Positions 25,346-38,776 of a stretch of DNA of 64,000 nt are shown here, in pieces. The first letter of the stretch is position 1, and each line of letters starts with the position of its first letter. The DNA is taken from positions 245,892,001 to 245,956,000 of the forward strand of contig NC_067403.1 in assembly GCF_016432865.1 (NCBI RefSeq), given 5' to 3'. The notes below the pieces were generated by a model. It made no database searches. It was given only the letters and a program-made list of their open reading frames with translations, and was not told where the DNA came from. Both the position numbers and the translations under genes were made by a program. The DNA comes from Antechinus flavipes. Its lineage: Eukaryota.

Positions 25346-26319
25346 AATGAAGAAAATGTAAAATACCTAATTGGGAAAACAACTGACCTGGAAAATAGAT
25401 CTAGGAGAGACAATCTAAGGATTATTTGACTTCCTGAAAACCACGATGAAAAAAAAAAAAGAGCCTAGACATTATCTTTCAGGAAATCATCAAAAAGAAT
25501 TGCCCTAGAATCAGAAGGTAAAATAGCCATTGAAAGAATTCACCGAACTGCTCCTGAAAAAGGCCCTGAAATTAAGACTCTAAGGAATATCATGGCTAAA
25601 TTTCAGAAGTATCAGACTAAGGAAAAATATTGCAAGCAGCCAGAAAGAAACAATTTGAACACCGAGAGTCCTACCCAGGACCAGTAGCTTCCAATTTAAA
25701 GAACTGAAGAGCCTGGAATCTGATATTCTGAAAGGTAAAGGAACTTGGAATGCAGCCAAAAATAAACTACCCAGCGAACTGAAAATTTTCTTTCATGGAA
25801 AAAGATGGACATTCAATGAAACAGGTAAATTCCATTTATTTCTGATGAAAAGACCAGAGCTGAACAACAACAAAAAAATGACCTTGTAAATATAGAACTC
25901 AAGAGAAACATAAAAAAGTAAAGTGGATAACTCTTGAGAATTATATCTCTGTTATGGATATATAGAGAGAGTGCATGTATAATTTTATTTTACTATTATA
26001 ATATTAAAAAAAAAACTAGAGGTGGAAAAGGATTGTACTGTAAAAAGGGGAAAGTGGAAGTAAGATGAGGGAAATTACATCTCACCAAAAGGCAAAGAAA
26101 ATCTATTATAATTGAGGGAAAGAAGGGAGGGGGATGAACATTTTGTGAATCTGACTCTCATAAAATTTGGCTCAGAGAAAGAATATTAGACATATTTAGT
26201 TTCACAAAGAAACTTCTCTCACCTTATAGGGAAGTTTGAAGGGAAAAGAGAAATAGTAGGGGAAAGATAAGAAAAAGGAGAGAGGCTATAAAGGGAGAGG
26301 GCTCCTTGAGGCAAGTGGA
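23808..26319 (+). mobile_element. Old L1 with 5'UTR, degenerate ORF1 and part of the inter-ORF spacer; no ORF2
   Basis: Homologous to the young L1 from its 5' end to about the middle of the spacer. Flanked by CTTTTTATTT at 23798-23807 and 26329-26338. Confidence 0.85.
25291..25346. repeat. (GAAA)n microsatellite inside L1 ORF1
   Basis: Direct reading of the sequence. Confidence 0.9.
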
Positions 26320-26800
26320 TTTCATAAACTTTTTATTTTTTAAAACATATGCATGAACAATTCTTTAACATCATCTTTTGCAAAATCTTGTGCTCCAATT
26401 TTCCCTCCCTTTACTCGCCCCCTGCCCTAGATAGCAAGTACCTTAAACATATTAAACAAGTATGTTAAATTGAATATATACATTCAAATTTAATTTATGC
26501 ACAGTTTGATAGCCATTTGGGCATAGTTGCAAATTGCTCTCCAGAATAGTTGAATAAGTTTATAACCCCACCAACAATGTATTCGTGTCCCAGTTTTCTC
26601 ACATTTCTGCCAGCATTTATTATTATCTTTTCCTATCATCTTAGCCAGTCTGAGGGATGTATAGTGGTACATCAGAAGTTGACAAAGTTTTGTTTGTTTG
26701 TTTGTTTTTTCTGAGGTGATTGGGGTTAAGTGAATTGGGTCACACTACCAGGAAATATTAAATGTCTGAGGTCAGATTTGAACTTGAGTCCTCCTGACTT
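26320..26800 (-). mobile_element. L1 3'-end fragments followed by a truncated WSINE1-like SINE (~26690-26800)
   Basis: L1 3'UTR motif TTTAAAACATATGCATG and SINE core GATTTGAACTTGAGTCCTCCTGACTTC. Confidence 0.75.
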
Positions 26801-29422
26801 CACTACAACAACTAGAAGCCCAACTGGTCAAGTTTTCAAAACAAATTCTAATCTTAGCAAGGGAGATTATACAATTTTTTTAAAAATTTTTCCTCCAAGA
26901 ATCCTTATGAACAATAATTGTGACTTTATTTTTATATATATATTAAAATAATATGTTTATTGTTGAGGAACAAAATTTTAGGCTGTGTCTGGAACTGAAC
27001 CAAATATTGCCAACCTCTGTTAACAATGACACAATTTATATTCTATTATACTAAACATCTTCCAACTCAAAATTTATTTTATTCAGTTATGTTCAACAAA
27101 ATGTATAAAATAATGAAATTTAATGTCTTTCAAATAATAGTAAACATATAAAGGTTTACTGGATTACTTCATTTAATTCTTACAGAATGCCCCAAATAAA
27201 ACATTTTGTATAATTTTATGAGTATACATATATATATTATCCTGTTTTTAGAATGTATAGTGTTTTCATAAATATTGATAGAATTAAATTGTATCATTAC
27301 ATAAGATACACTTTAATTTGGACATTGGAGATCTAAATCTTAGTATTATAGTTATTTAAGCACTTAATGAATTGAAAAGAATATTGTAGGTAGCATATTA
27401 ATGTATCCTAAAGGTTAACAACATTTTTTTGTTTTGTTTTCAGTTTGTGGAACGAAATATATGTTGTCTTAGAACAAATAGAACTAGTCTATTCCTTTTT
27501 ATGTGTAGCATATGATTGAGTATAGAGAAACCCAGAAGAATTCACTATGACACAGTTCTCCTTTATTCCTTTTTAATTGTTATTTTTGGAACTTGTAAAA
27601 AGAAAAGCTTATATATACATACATACATACATGTGTGTATACTGATGTAATATTTAAATATTGTGAATATGGAATGGTTAATGATTTTATTAATCATCTT
27701 GATTTTTTCAAGCTCCTTTGTTATCCAGAAGAGGAGGCTGACCTAAGAATCAGATAAAACTGAACATTTTTTAGGCTGGGGATAGCTCAAGTTTCTTGCA
27801 GAATTCGAGCTTTAGAAGTTCCTTGAGGTATTTGCATAATGAACCCATCCCTTTCTATGTCAGAAAACCAACTGAGACTGATTCATATCAAATCTCAGAT
27901 CTAAAAAAAACAATAAAGCCCAAGAGATGATCTGATAAGACCACTGAACACCACTATGTGATTATCCCTGCTTCTGCGATTTTTGTCTCAATAATCCCTG
28001 CTTCCTATGTCCACCCTGAACTCAATACTAATTGTGCTTCTATATATTCATGTGTGCCTTCTTAGGAGGAATAAAACTATGGATACAACCTAACTATTTT
28101 GTCTTAGAACAAACTCTGGAAAACAAACAAAAAAAAAGTTTGACATCAATTTTTACGATATTGCTATTGATCTAGATTGTCTAATAAAATGTTGATTCAA
28201 ATTAAAATCATTTTTTAATCCCTCCATTTTCATAGCTCGAACTAGTCAATCTCACTAGCCAAAGAGAATTCTGATGCAAAAGTTCAAATCTGTGGGTTGG
28301 CTAGAATGTAGAAAACCAGATTTAAACATCCTGGGGCAGTTCTAGCCTTAGAAATTTTAGTAAGAGAATAGCTAAGCAAGATCTGGTGACCACCAAGTTA
28401 GCACTAGACAGCTGTCTGTAATTTAGAGTTTTCCTCAATTCTTTCTAAATGCACATGCTTATTTCCCTCTAGAAAATAGTATTTTTTTGAATAATAGAAG
28501 GTGTGGTGGAAGGAAAAAAGAAAAAGGAATAATTCTGGCCCTCGGAACAATGAACTTTAGTTTTTATTTTGGGGTCAACAACAAAAGTTTTTTTTCTTTT
28601 TTTTCTTCAGATGTTAGAGTGAAGTAAATAAAAAGATTCAATCAGTAGAAGTCTGCACAGGTCAAGACATTTGATTCTGACTTCTGCCATTTAATGAGTG
28701 TAAAACGCTGATTTAAGTGTGACATAGCTAAGAAGTATTTGAATCCAAAATACCAATCTTCCTTTAAAATGTAGTCTGGGTCATTACAGCCTAACTTAAT
28801 ATCCCATCAGAATTCCCCAAAATAGAAAAAAGACATTCTTCTCTATATGTAAAAAAGGGGAATCTCCTACCAATTGGATGATCAAGAATCTCAGTAGCTA
28901 TTGATAAATATTAATATGTACAAATTAATCAAATTCTGTAATAAAGCAAGCTACCTAGCAAAAATCAGATAATAGTATATTTTTCATAGCCATAATTTGA
29001 TTATTTTATTATTTTCTCCATTACATGTGAACAAAAATTAATAATAAATTGTATTATTTATTTTATTATTCATTCATTTATTTTTCATTCATTCATTCAT
29101 TTAAAATTAATATAAATGTTTTTAAATCACTTAAAAAGTTTTAAATTTTCTCCCTCCCTTCTCCCTTCCTTTGAGAAAACAATTTTATACAGATTATACA
29201 TTTGCATTCATGCATTCTTCATAAATCATATTGCAAAAGAAAATGTAGCCTAAAAAAGTAATAAGGGGTAATGTATTTTTAAAATATTTCCAGAGAAACA
29301 AAGAATGAATTGGGTACTGCAAGGTACAGAAATGTGCCAAGTTCCCAACAACAGCAAGGAACTTTTAAGAGTGTTCTCAATTTGATTAAGAATATATTCT
29401 AGTACCTATTCTAGGGAAGAAC

Positions 29423-30367
29423 TTAATTGCTGATACAAAACTTGATTTTAGCAATGGTCCTATGGATGGCATCTTTGACTTCTTTGTTCCTCAAGCTATA
29501 AATAAGGGGGTTCAACATGGGGATCACAGCTATGTAGAATACAGAGAGCACCTTGTGGAGATCCAGAGAGAAGCTTGCACTGGGCCGCACGTAATTGAAG
29601 AAGAGGGTTCCGTAAAGGATACTGACAGCAGTTAGATGGGAAGAGCAGGTAGAAAAGGCTTTATGTCTTCCCTCAGCAGAACCGATTCTGAGGATGGCTA
29701 TGAGGATGTAGATATAAGATATGATGATGATCAGACCACTGAATATTAACACTGACCCAGCCATGATAAAAAGGACGATCTTGTTGACTGAGATGTCGGC
29801 ACAGATGAGAGTTAAGAGAGGTGAGATGTCACAGAAGAAGTGATTGATGATGTTTGGACCACAAAAGGGGAGTCGGAAAGCACCAGTAGTATGAGTCATG
29901 GTACTGGTGAAACCTGCAGCGTAGGGGCCAGACACCAGCTGGATGCAGAGTCTCTGGGACATGGCCACAGAGTAGAGCAGGGGGTTACAGATCGCTACAT
30001 ACCGGTCATAGGCCATAGATGCCAAGAGGAAGCACTCAGTGGCCCCAAAAAAGCCAAAGAACCATTGCTGCAAAGCACAGCCCAGAAAAGAGATGGTCTT
30101 CCTCTCCTCAAAGAAGTCTCCCAGCATCTTTGGGATCACCACAGAAGAAAAGCCAATGTCCACAAATGATAGGTGACTGAGGAAAAAATACATGGGCGTG
30201 TGAAGGCGGGCATCAATTCGGATGAGGAAGATCATCCCCAGGTTGCCTGTCAGATTAAAGAGATAAAAAGACAGAAACAACACAAAGAGGGCTACTTGCA
30301 GTTTAGGATGATATTTCAAACCCAGAAAAATGAACTCGGTGACTCTAGTGTAGTTTCCAAGAGCCAT
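29423..30367 (-). CDS. OR5G-like: Intact olfactory receptor, family 5 (OR5G-like), 314 aa starting MALGNYT
   Basis: All OR motifs are present. The likely start is ATG at 30367 (NYT sequon follows). An acceptor CTTTTTCTCAACAG at 30383 makes the longer ORF-track extension intronic. Confidence 0.93.
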   Translation of the reverse strand: MALGNYTRVTEFIFLGLKYHPKLQVALFVLFLSFYLFNLTGNLGMIFLIRIDARLHTPMYFFLSHLSFVDIGFSSVVIPKMLGDFFEERKTISFLGCALQQWFFGFFGATECFLLASMAYDRYVAICNPLLYSVAMSQRLCIQLVSGPYAAGFTSTMTHTTGAFRLPFCGPNIINHFFCDISPLLTLICADISVNKIVLFIMAGSVLIFSGLIIIISYIYILIAILRIGSAEGRHKAFSTCSSHLTAVSILYGTLFFNYVRPSASFSLDLHKVLSVFYIAVIPMLNPLIYSLRNKEVKDAIHRTIAKIKFCISN

Positions 30368-31149
30368 TATTCTTTGTGTTCTCTGTTGAGAAAAAGACCA
30401 TAAGACAATATATTTGGAATTGATGCCTTCAAGCATGAATGTCAATATCTATACATTGACCCAGATGCAATCCACCAGCCAGGGAAAGATGAGACAATTA
30501 AATATACTAAGATCCTAGGCACATTGTCAATGCATTTCATTCATTTGATGACATTACTAATTTTATTTAGAATAAGATTGTCAAATGGCAAAATGGAAAA
30601 TTAGTTGATGTTAAAGTCAGGAAGACTTGAGGTCTAGAGCTATCTGAGAACATATTGGTGGTGTGACCCTGGGAAAATTACTTGAGTAAGTATTTAACAA
30701 TGCTCTAGACCAAGGCTTCATTTAATGTGAGTAAACCATAATTTCAGATGCCCATTTTCAGTTTATGGGCTAACTTGTGATGACTGCATTAGCACTCTGG
30801 ATACTTTAGAATCAGCTGGAGTCAGGATAAGCAAAAGTCCTTGTTCTTTATTCTTTGTGGACGAATGGAATGGCAATACGAAATGAGAGGAATCATGACA
30901 CCAATCTGGTCAGGAGTGACTCTGGCTTCTCACTCCACCCTCTCAATCTTCCACCCAATCTCTCTATACAACAGATCAAACCTGCAGAGAATAGTGGGCA
31001 GGGCCATTCTTTCTCCAAGCATATGCTAATGGAGTATTATCCAATTGGTAATTAGCCTTAGTTCTCAGACTCGATGCATCAACTCAGTTTCAGCCCATTA
31101 CACTATCCACATATGGGTTTAAGAAGCTTTTCTCTACAATTTTGAACTA

Positions 31150-31478
31150 TGCTTGAAAAGTTATCAAACTGTTCATACCCTGTGATCCAGCAGTGTTACT
31201 TACTGGGATTTTATCCCAAAGAAATCTTAAAGGAGGGAAAGGAACCCACATGTGCAAAAATTTTTGTGGCAGTCCTTTTTATAGTGGCAAGGAACTGGAA
31301 AATGAGTGGCTGCCCCTCAATTGGAGAATGGCTGAATAAATTATGGTATATGAATGTTATGGAATCTTACTGTTCTGTAAGAAACAACCAGCAGGATGAT
31401 TTCAGAGAGGCTTGGGGAGATCTGCATAAACTGAAGCTAAGAAATGAACAGAACCAAAAGATCATTAAACACAGCAAC
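31150..31478 (+). mobile_element. L1 ORF2 C-terminal fragment
   Basis: LLGFYPKEI...FVAVLFIVARNWKMSGCPSIGEWLNKLWYM...YCSVRN motif. Confidence 0.9.
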
Positions 31479-31794
31479 TGAGATACTCAGAGATTAAATA
31501 ATTTGCCCAGTGTCAAACAGTAATTATCTGGGGTTGGATTTTGAATCAGGTCTTTCTGACTTGAGATTCTCTGCTACCTACATATTCCCTAGTGTGGGAC
31601 TATAAATATGAAGAGGCAAATAAATAGAAAAAATATATATAAATTAATTTCTCCCTCCCTTCCTCCCACCCCCTTCCATAGATAGCAAGAAATCGCTAAT
31701 ATATTCTAAAGCAAAGCTCCAGTGATAAGTGCCATGCATACACTTTTCTAATATCCCTAGTTGTTATCTTTTAAAGATTTACATAATCTAATTC

Positions 31795-31962
31795 TTCACA
31801 TATACATATGCATGCATATGTATATATACATATATACACATACAAATTATGTGTATATATACATACACTTATATATATGTGATACAAGTGTGTATATATA
31901 TTATATATATGTATATACATATACATATACATATACATATATAAAATCATATGTATATATAG
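31795..31962. repeat. Compound (TA)/(CA)/(TG) microsatellite
   Basis: Direct reading of the sequence. Confidence 0.9.
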
Positions 31963-34019
31963 TCTGAGATTCAAAAGATTACATTATGTATGCCTTTAAA
32001 TGCCACAATAAGGATTTTTTAATTTTATTCCTGGGACAATGAAAAGCTATCAAAGATTTTTGCATATTGACATAATGCATATTTTAAAGAAAACAAATTG
32101 GTAGCTATCAGGAGGACTGCTTAGAGAAGAAATAAAAGAGCAGAGAGGCAAATTAGAATGTTAAAACAATTTCATTTCCTTATTCTACCTCGTAAAGCTA
32201 AAATATGAAACAAAGCATAGATGTACACATATACATTCACACATATATATAATATACATACATACATACACACATTTTAAAGGCTAAACAAACTGTTTAA
32301 CTAAGAAAGTTAAATAAAATGATTCTTTATTATACAGTTTCTACTTACATCCTACCTGCATTACCATATTTCAACTCACTTACCTTTTAAAAGGAAAATA
32401 AAGGTAGCACTTAATTTGTAGTCACTTGATTGAAATTCAGTACACTGATGTCCTTCTAGGTGACTACTAGACTTCCGAGTATTTTCATGACAATTCACAT
32501 TAACCAAACTCCTAATAAGGGTGCCAGTGTTTCAAAATACAAGGCTTATACCTGAGGATGTCCTGTGGAGGTATTTTCTACCTGCCTAACAGGATTGATT
32601 ATCTTAGCGGAAAGTCTCACATTTCCCCCTTTTCTAAATGGAAAATCCAGTAAAAAGAAATCCCAGAATGCCATGGGATTTTTAGTTCTCACTGGTGTTC
32701 ATAGATAAATATTTATCTTTAATGAAGACCATACTCTTTCAAGGAAGAGAATTTTTTTAATTAAAAAGAATATTACCAAAGTATCTACTTTTAAATATTC
32801 AACTTCAGAAACTGAATGCTTTTTTGTCATTCTTCTTACATAGAATAGAATAAAAAAAATTGTGAATGAACTTTTTTACCCATGAAGGGAAAACCTGTTG
32901 CTATGAAATCAAAGATCCAGTGATACATTTAAATGTTAAAGTAAAGCCAAATAAATTAATTCATTAGCTTAGAAGAAGACAGCATTCTTATCATTTTTTT
33001 TAGTTTTATCTTTTAAAGTTAACAATTTTACTATTTTCTCAATGAACAAGTCTTTCAGTTGTTCTTACCTCAGATACTTGTAGTCCCATTCTAAATTCTT
33101 TTTGCTCTGTTATGCTTCCCATAGCTTCTGGAGGACTTTTTCATTCTGAACAGTTCTAGCCATTAAGGACCAGAAAAGAAATGAGCCACTAGATGAATTG
33201 TTTGAAATCAATACATTGGCCAATGACCACTCCAAGCTCTAGATGGTAGTCATCATCAAAATCCTTGATGGAAGATTATAATCCCTAAATTAATCAAACC
33301 AAACCATGGTCTTATTCTTCATTTGGATGCCCTACTGTGATTGGAGTGGGGGATGGCAGAACTTCTTTGCAAATTGCTTCTTCTTCTAATGAAAGCTGAG
33401 ACTTTTTTTTTTTTAAAAGTAGTAATAGGAGAAGAGTAGATTAGAAAACACTCAACTTAGATTTTCTGCGAGCCTCTTTTTATTTGTAAAAGTTTAAAAA
33501 ACAAAAAGCTACAAAGTCACAATCAGAATGTAGGACCAAATATTATCTTTTTTGGTGTTCTTTTTTTTTCACTCTCACCCTTCCTCCTTTTCCTCTCTTC
33601 TGCACTACTGTGGTTCACAGAATTAGCACTGTTTCCCAGTAGTCTTTCATTTTATTCTTATTCGCTTTCACTGTGTAATCTTCCTACCTCCTTTAGAAGA
33701 AAGTTGAATGTTTTCTTTCCAAGAATCTAAAATGTCTTATCAGATCTGCTTACATCATGTTTCTCCCCCTGCTTTAGGGGAGCCAATATCCCTCAAGTCT
33801 CTCTTTCCTTGGGAATTACACTATTAATAAGAGGGAAGATAATTAAAAAGTCTTTACTATTTTCACACCATAAACAAATCCACAGAGATTCAGTTTCTTA
33901 GATGTTTTCTTCTGAGGAGTTTTTCTCCTTGGTTTCCTTATGAATAAGGCAGAAGTCCTTGAAACTCATGTTAATCAATTTAATGACTCTTATGCTTCTC
34001 ATCAATTATCATTAAGTAT

Positions 34020-34335
34020 CAATACCATGCCACTAAGAATGGGTTGAAGGAACTAGGAATGTACAACTTGGAGAAGGAAAAAAAAAAGAAAGAAAAGATA
34101 TATGAGCTGGAAAGAGGGCAGGACAAGATAGAATGATAGCTATCATCAGTGTATTCATTCTGTTTTACGCCAAAAGATAAAACAAGAAGCAATAGAAATA
34201 ATCTATAGCAGAAGGCTAGGTTCCTCCCTAAAGGGGAGGAAACATCAACAAATTAAAACAAGTTGAAAATGATCCCACCTTGAATGACTGTTGATGATTT
34301 CCCCTTTCTTGAAGTTCTTCAAGTGAAGGTTGGAT
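34020..34335 (+). mobile_element. CR1/L3 3'-end relic
   Basis: GGTTGAAGGAACTAGGAATGTACAACTTGGAGAAG...TTGAAGTTCTTCAAGTGAAGGTTGG resembles CR1 3' ends. Confidence 0.55.
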
Positions 34336-34339
34336 TAAG

Positions 34340-35405
34340 TCATTCAATCAACTCATATTAAGTAAGTAAATACTCTGTGTCAACTATCATAGTAAGCTAT
34401 GGGTTCACAAAGACAAAAGTGAATCAATCCTTGTTCACAAAAATTTAAATTCTAGTAGGGGAGACAACAATATGTATGTAACATTTAGAGACAAGAGATG
34501 GAGGATCATGTGGAAGGAGCAACCCAAATAGCAAGAATATAGGTTAGAAAGGGAGAGAAATCTTTTTTTTTTTTTTTTTAAGGCTGAAAAGGAAGGAAGG
34601 AATCAGGTTGTCATATTTTTTATATACTTAACAGAGTTTCATTTGATTCTAGAAGAAGAAATTCCTCATATTTATTATGTTGGAAAGTTATATGATCAAA
34701 TCAGTACTTTAAGAAAAGCAGATTGGTAACTGTGTAGGGAATAGGTTGCAATGGGAAGAAATGAGGCAGGGAAACTAATTTAGAAGCCTCATCAATAGTC
34801 TAAGCCAGAGATGCTAAGAGCCTGAATTGGGCTAGTAGTCATTCAAGTAGAGATAAGAGGTCAGATGACAGAGGTGCCATAAGGGGAAAAAAATAGCAGT
34901 TCACTGGATATTCGATAAAGGATTGGAAAAAAAGGAATAGGGAAGTTTCAAAGAATCAATGGGCAAAGAAGGCAAGGAGAAAATAATGAATTCTATGTTG
35001 AATATGTTAATCATATAGAGTCAGACACAAATGAATACCTGAGTTGAAATATTAATAAGCAGTTTCTAATGAAAATTTTTGAAAGAGAATAATTTAGTAA
35101 ACATATATCTGCTTAGAGATGACAGCTGAACCCATATGAATTAATAAGGTAACTAAATTAAAGAATAGTGAGAAAAAAAGAGGAAGCTCTGAATCTCAGC
35201 TTTGGCATCCATTCCCAGTTAGGAAGCTTGATATGGATCATAATAAAGCAAGAATCTGGAAAAAAGTAGAAAGGATAGAAGAGAACTAATACATGTCATG
35301 TTGTCAAAGCCCAAAGAGGGAGAATGTGTGGAAGCAGATTGTAAGTTATCAAATGCAGCAGAAAGCACAAGAAGGATGAGGGTTAAGAAAAAGGACACTT
35401 GATTG

Positions 35406-35457
<52 letters not shown>

Positions 35458-35650
35458 ATTAGTAATTTTGGAGAGAGCAGTTCCAGTTCAGTAATCAGGT
35501 CAGATGTGATATTATATATATGAAAAAAGTAGAAGCACCAAGTGAATTTTGAAGTCTGACCATGAAAAAAGAAGATATATATTATGATAGCTAACTGAAG
35601 TGGCAAGATATAAGAAAAGGAGTGTTATATGTGTTTTCCTAAGGATGGGG
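34340..35650 (-). mobile_element. Degenerate L2 relic containing an A48 run (35409-35456)
   Basis: Begins TCATTCAATCAAC...ACTCTGTGTCAAC (L2 tail) and contains purine-rich L2 body motifs such as GGAGAGAGCAGTTCCAGT. Confidence 0.65.
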
Positions 35651-35699
35651 AAGACGTGTCTAGTTGGCAGAAGAAATGGAAACTGTGAGCAAGAAAAAG

Positions 35700-35802
35700 A
35701 CAAATGTACAGACATAGAAAAAAAGAGACACAGAGAAAGAGAGACAGAAAGTCATAGAGATAGACAGAGGCATAAAGAAAGAGAGAAAAGAGAGAGAGAA
35801 GG

Positions 35803-35838
<36 letters not shown>

Positions 35839-35840
35839 AA
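35700..35840. repeat. (GA)n-rich simple repeat
   Basis: Direct reading of the sequence. Confidence 0.9.
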
Positions 35841-37392
35841 GTTGTCCCTACAAAATGTGTGCAGATAAGCTATATTGGAATATACATTTATTTAGCATGT
35901 ATTATTTAGCAACCATTGCTCTAAGTGCTGGGTAATATAAATATAAATAACAGGAAGAGAGACAGAGACAAAGGGAGAGACAGACAGAAATGGGAACAGA
36001 AATTAATCATTTTCAGAGATATTTAAGAGATGATTCTCAGATAATGGCAAGGTGACCTTTGGAATCTTTTTTCTTTGAGATTCTATCTTTCTATTGCAGA
36101 ATAATAGTATAGCATATGAGTTGAAAAGAATTTTAAAGATCTCATAACTCAATCTATCACTTTATCAAGAAGAAAACTATGGCCCAATGACATAGGCAAT
36201 AAGTAGCAAATCCAAGATTTGAATTAAATCCTTTGACATCAAATTTGGTATGCTTTGCACTATCACTGTGGCTACTATGTCACAAGATTAAAAGTTTTTT
36301 CAACTGTTTCAATTCAACAAGCATTTATTAAGTGTTAAGAAGTAATAGATACTGAGAGAGATGGAAGATAAATAAAATAATTATTTACAAAATTATTATT
36401 TAATTGGTTGCCCAAATAAAGCAACTCCACGTTGGAGAAACTCTTTGGGTTGGTGACCACTCAAAGACATTTGTCGAGGGCCCCTACCAATGATTTGTTT
36501 TTACTGCTAAACAGTAGACTCATTTTTAGAAAGAAAAGACATTTAATCAAACAAGATTAGTATTTTTGGATTCAAACACTTATTAGCTATGTCACCCTTT
36601 AAATCAGGTACTCTGTAAGCATTTTATACCCATTAAATGGCAGAATTCAGAATCAAATTTCTTTTTCTTGACCTGTGCAGACTTCTACTGATTGAATCTT
36701 TCTATTTACTTCGTTCTAACATCTGAAGGAAGGGAAAAAAAAAACTTTTGTTGTTGACCAAACAATAAAGACTAAAGACCTTTAATTAAATCAGTTACAG
36801 TGGGAGTAAAAATGTTTAAATTTTAAAAGTAAAAAAAAATGTTTAAATGAGATTATATATATTATATATGTCATATATATATATATATAAAATGCTTTAC
36901 AAAATGCAAAGTGCTAAAGCCATCTATTATGATAATGGTTGTTATTATGATTATTAAAACAACTGAAATGACAAAGTAATAATATAAAGATAGAAAATTG
37001 GAAAAACTGAAAATCTTGTGAGTCAAATGATCTCTCTGAGATATTTCATCTGATTTTATAAATACACTGGTTCTTGTCCTCTGTTCTATGATGTAATAAA
37101 TTTCCACTGCATTAATTGTTATTCTTCCAGGTTTATAGATAAGAACATATGCAATTACACAGCCATATTATCACTTTCATGATAATACTTATGACTCTTC
37201 TTTTAAAAATGTTTATTTCATTCAGAAATGAACAAACCTATGATTTTTTTTAATCTCAAAAGAGAAATCTTTTACCTTAGCTTACATTTAGTGTAAGTAG
37301 AAATTTAGAAAGTGTCTATATATCAGAGCTATAGAAATTATGCAAACTTATCTACTAGTTCATAAAAGTGAAAAGGTAATAGATTAGCATGT

Positions 37393-38331
37393 TTATTTAG
37401 TCAAAGATTTTCTTCCAATGGCTTTGCTCAGGGCATCCTTCACATCTTTATTCCTGAGACCATAGATCATGGGGTTCAACATGGGGATCACTGTTGTGTA
37501 AAATACAGCTACCATTTTACCCTGCTCTACAGACTCTTCAGTGGGACGTCTTAAATGCATACAGAACAGGGTTGAATAGAATATGGTGACTACTGTGAGG
37601 TGGGACCCACATGTGGAGAAAGCCTTGCGTCTGCTCTCAGCAGAACGGCTCCGGAGGATGGCCACAAGAATGAACATGTATGATGTAAGAATGATCAGAA
37701 GGGACTGGACATTGCTATAGCCAGCCACTATATACATGGATAGCTCTTTACTATATGTATCAGAACATGCTAATTTGATGAGAGGTGGGTCAGCACAGTA
37801 GAAATGGTTAATTTCATTAGCACCACAGAAAGATAAATTGTAGGTCCTCAAGGTTTCCATCACACTGAGAAGGAATCCATAGACATAGGGAATGATGACC
37901 AATCGGATACAGATGCTCTTTGACATTTTACTACTGTACAGTAGTGGGTTGCAGATGGCCATATAGCGATCATAGGCCATGACAGCCAACATACAATGTT
38001 CAGTAAGCACCACAGCAATCACAATGTAACATTGGACCAAACAACCAGTATAGGAAATGGTTTTCTTCTCTGATAAAAAGTTTTCAAGCATCTTTGGGGT
38101 AACATTTGTAGAGAAACATAGATCCAGAAAAGATAAACTACAGAGAAAAAAGTACATGGGAGTGTGAAGTCGAGAATCGATTTTGATTAAAACAATCATT
38201 CCAAGATTCCCTACCACAGTGACCATGTAGATCATGAGAAATAGCACAAAAAAAGCAGTGCGAAGCTCAGGACGACTGGTTAATCCAAGAAGAATGAATT
38301 CAGTCACTTGAGTGTAGTTCCTGCTGGACAT
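37393..38331 (-). CDS. Intact olfactory receptor, family 5 (OR5M-like, atypical), 312 aa
   Basis: OR motifs plus OR5M hallmarks [10 protein letters not shown] and [14 protein letters not shown], with an NYT sequon. Confidence 0.93.
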   Translation of the reverse strand: MSSRNYTQVTEFILLGLTSRPELRTAFFVLFLMIYMVTVVGNLGMIVLIKIDSRLHTPMYFFLCSLSFLDLCFSTNVTPKMLENFLSEKKTISYTGCLVQCYIVIAVVLTEHCMLAVMAYDRYMAICNPLLYSSKMSKSICIRLVIIPYVYGFLLSVMETLRTYNLSFCGANEINHFYCADPPLIKLACSDTYSKELSMYIVAGYSNVQSLLIILTSYMFILVAILRSRSAESRRKAFSTCGSHLTVVTIFYSTLFCMHLRRPTEESVEQGKMVAVFYTTVIPMLNPMIYGLRNKDVKDALSKAIGRKSLTK

Positions 38332-38776
38332 TTCCTGGACTCCACTTGAGGATCATTGGTTCTGCTATTTAACAAAAAGGTGAAAACAGATAATGAGTAC
38401 TCCTTTGCCCTTGTATCATGACTTCCTACATAGAGTCCAAAGCCTTCATTTGCATGATCTCAACAACTTTCATATTAAAACAATAAGAAAAGGCAAGGTT
38501 AACACAACTCATTTAAAATTCCCGCCATATCACCAAGAATTACTTATATCACGTCAAATGACATCAAATTAGCTTTCCTTTTCTTTTGAAAGGTGAAGGA
38601 CAGGATTATTCCAGTGTGTCTCATAAAACACATTGTTGATCTTTGAGCATCAGTCTACGGCTTTGGGGTTAGGGAAAGATAACCTGCCTTCCTAAATTGA
38701 AATGTTCAAGTAGTTTGTCTTTATTTGTTGCCTTAATATGGACATTTGGTATTCCCCTCCATCTGAATCTCTATTC

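Noticed and set aside
27832-27844. Octamer ATTTGCAT overlapping TAATGA
   Set aside because: It is a single motif downstream of an OR 3' end with no supporting O/E site, and is expected by chance in AT-rich DNA.
29840-30403. Plus-strand ORFs overlapping OR genes (also 16159-16729 and 10255-10467) and alternate-frame ORFs at 45642 and 60760
   Set aside because: They are shadow frames of OR coding sequence with no independent support.
30368-30445. 26-aa N-terminal extension of the OR5G-like ORF (340 aa in the track)
   Set aside because: It starts at TTG and crosses a clear splice acceptor at 30383. The ATG at 30367 gives a normal OR N-terminus.
31795-31962. Regularly patterned or palindromic tract as a CRISPR-like or structured RNA array
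   Set aside because: It is a simple TA/CA microsatellite with no repeat-spacer structure, and the context is eukaryotic.
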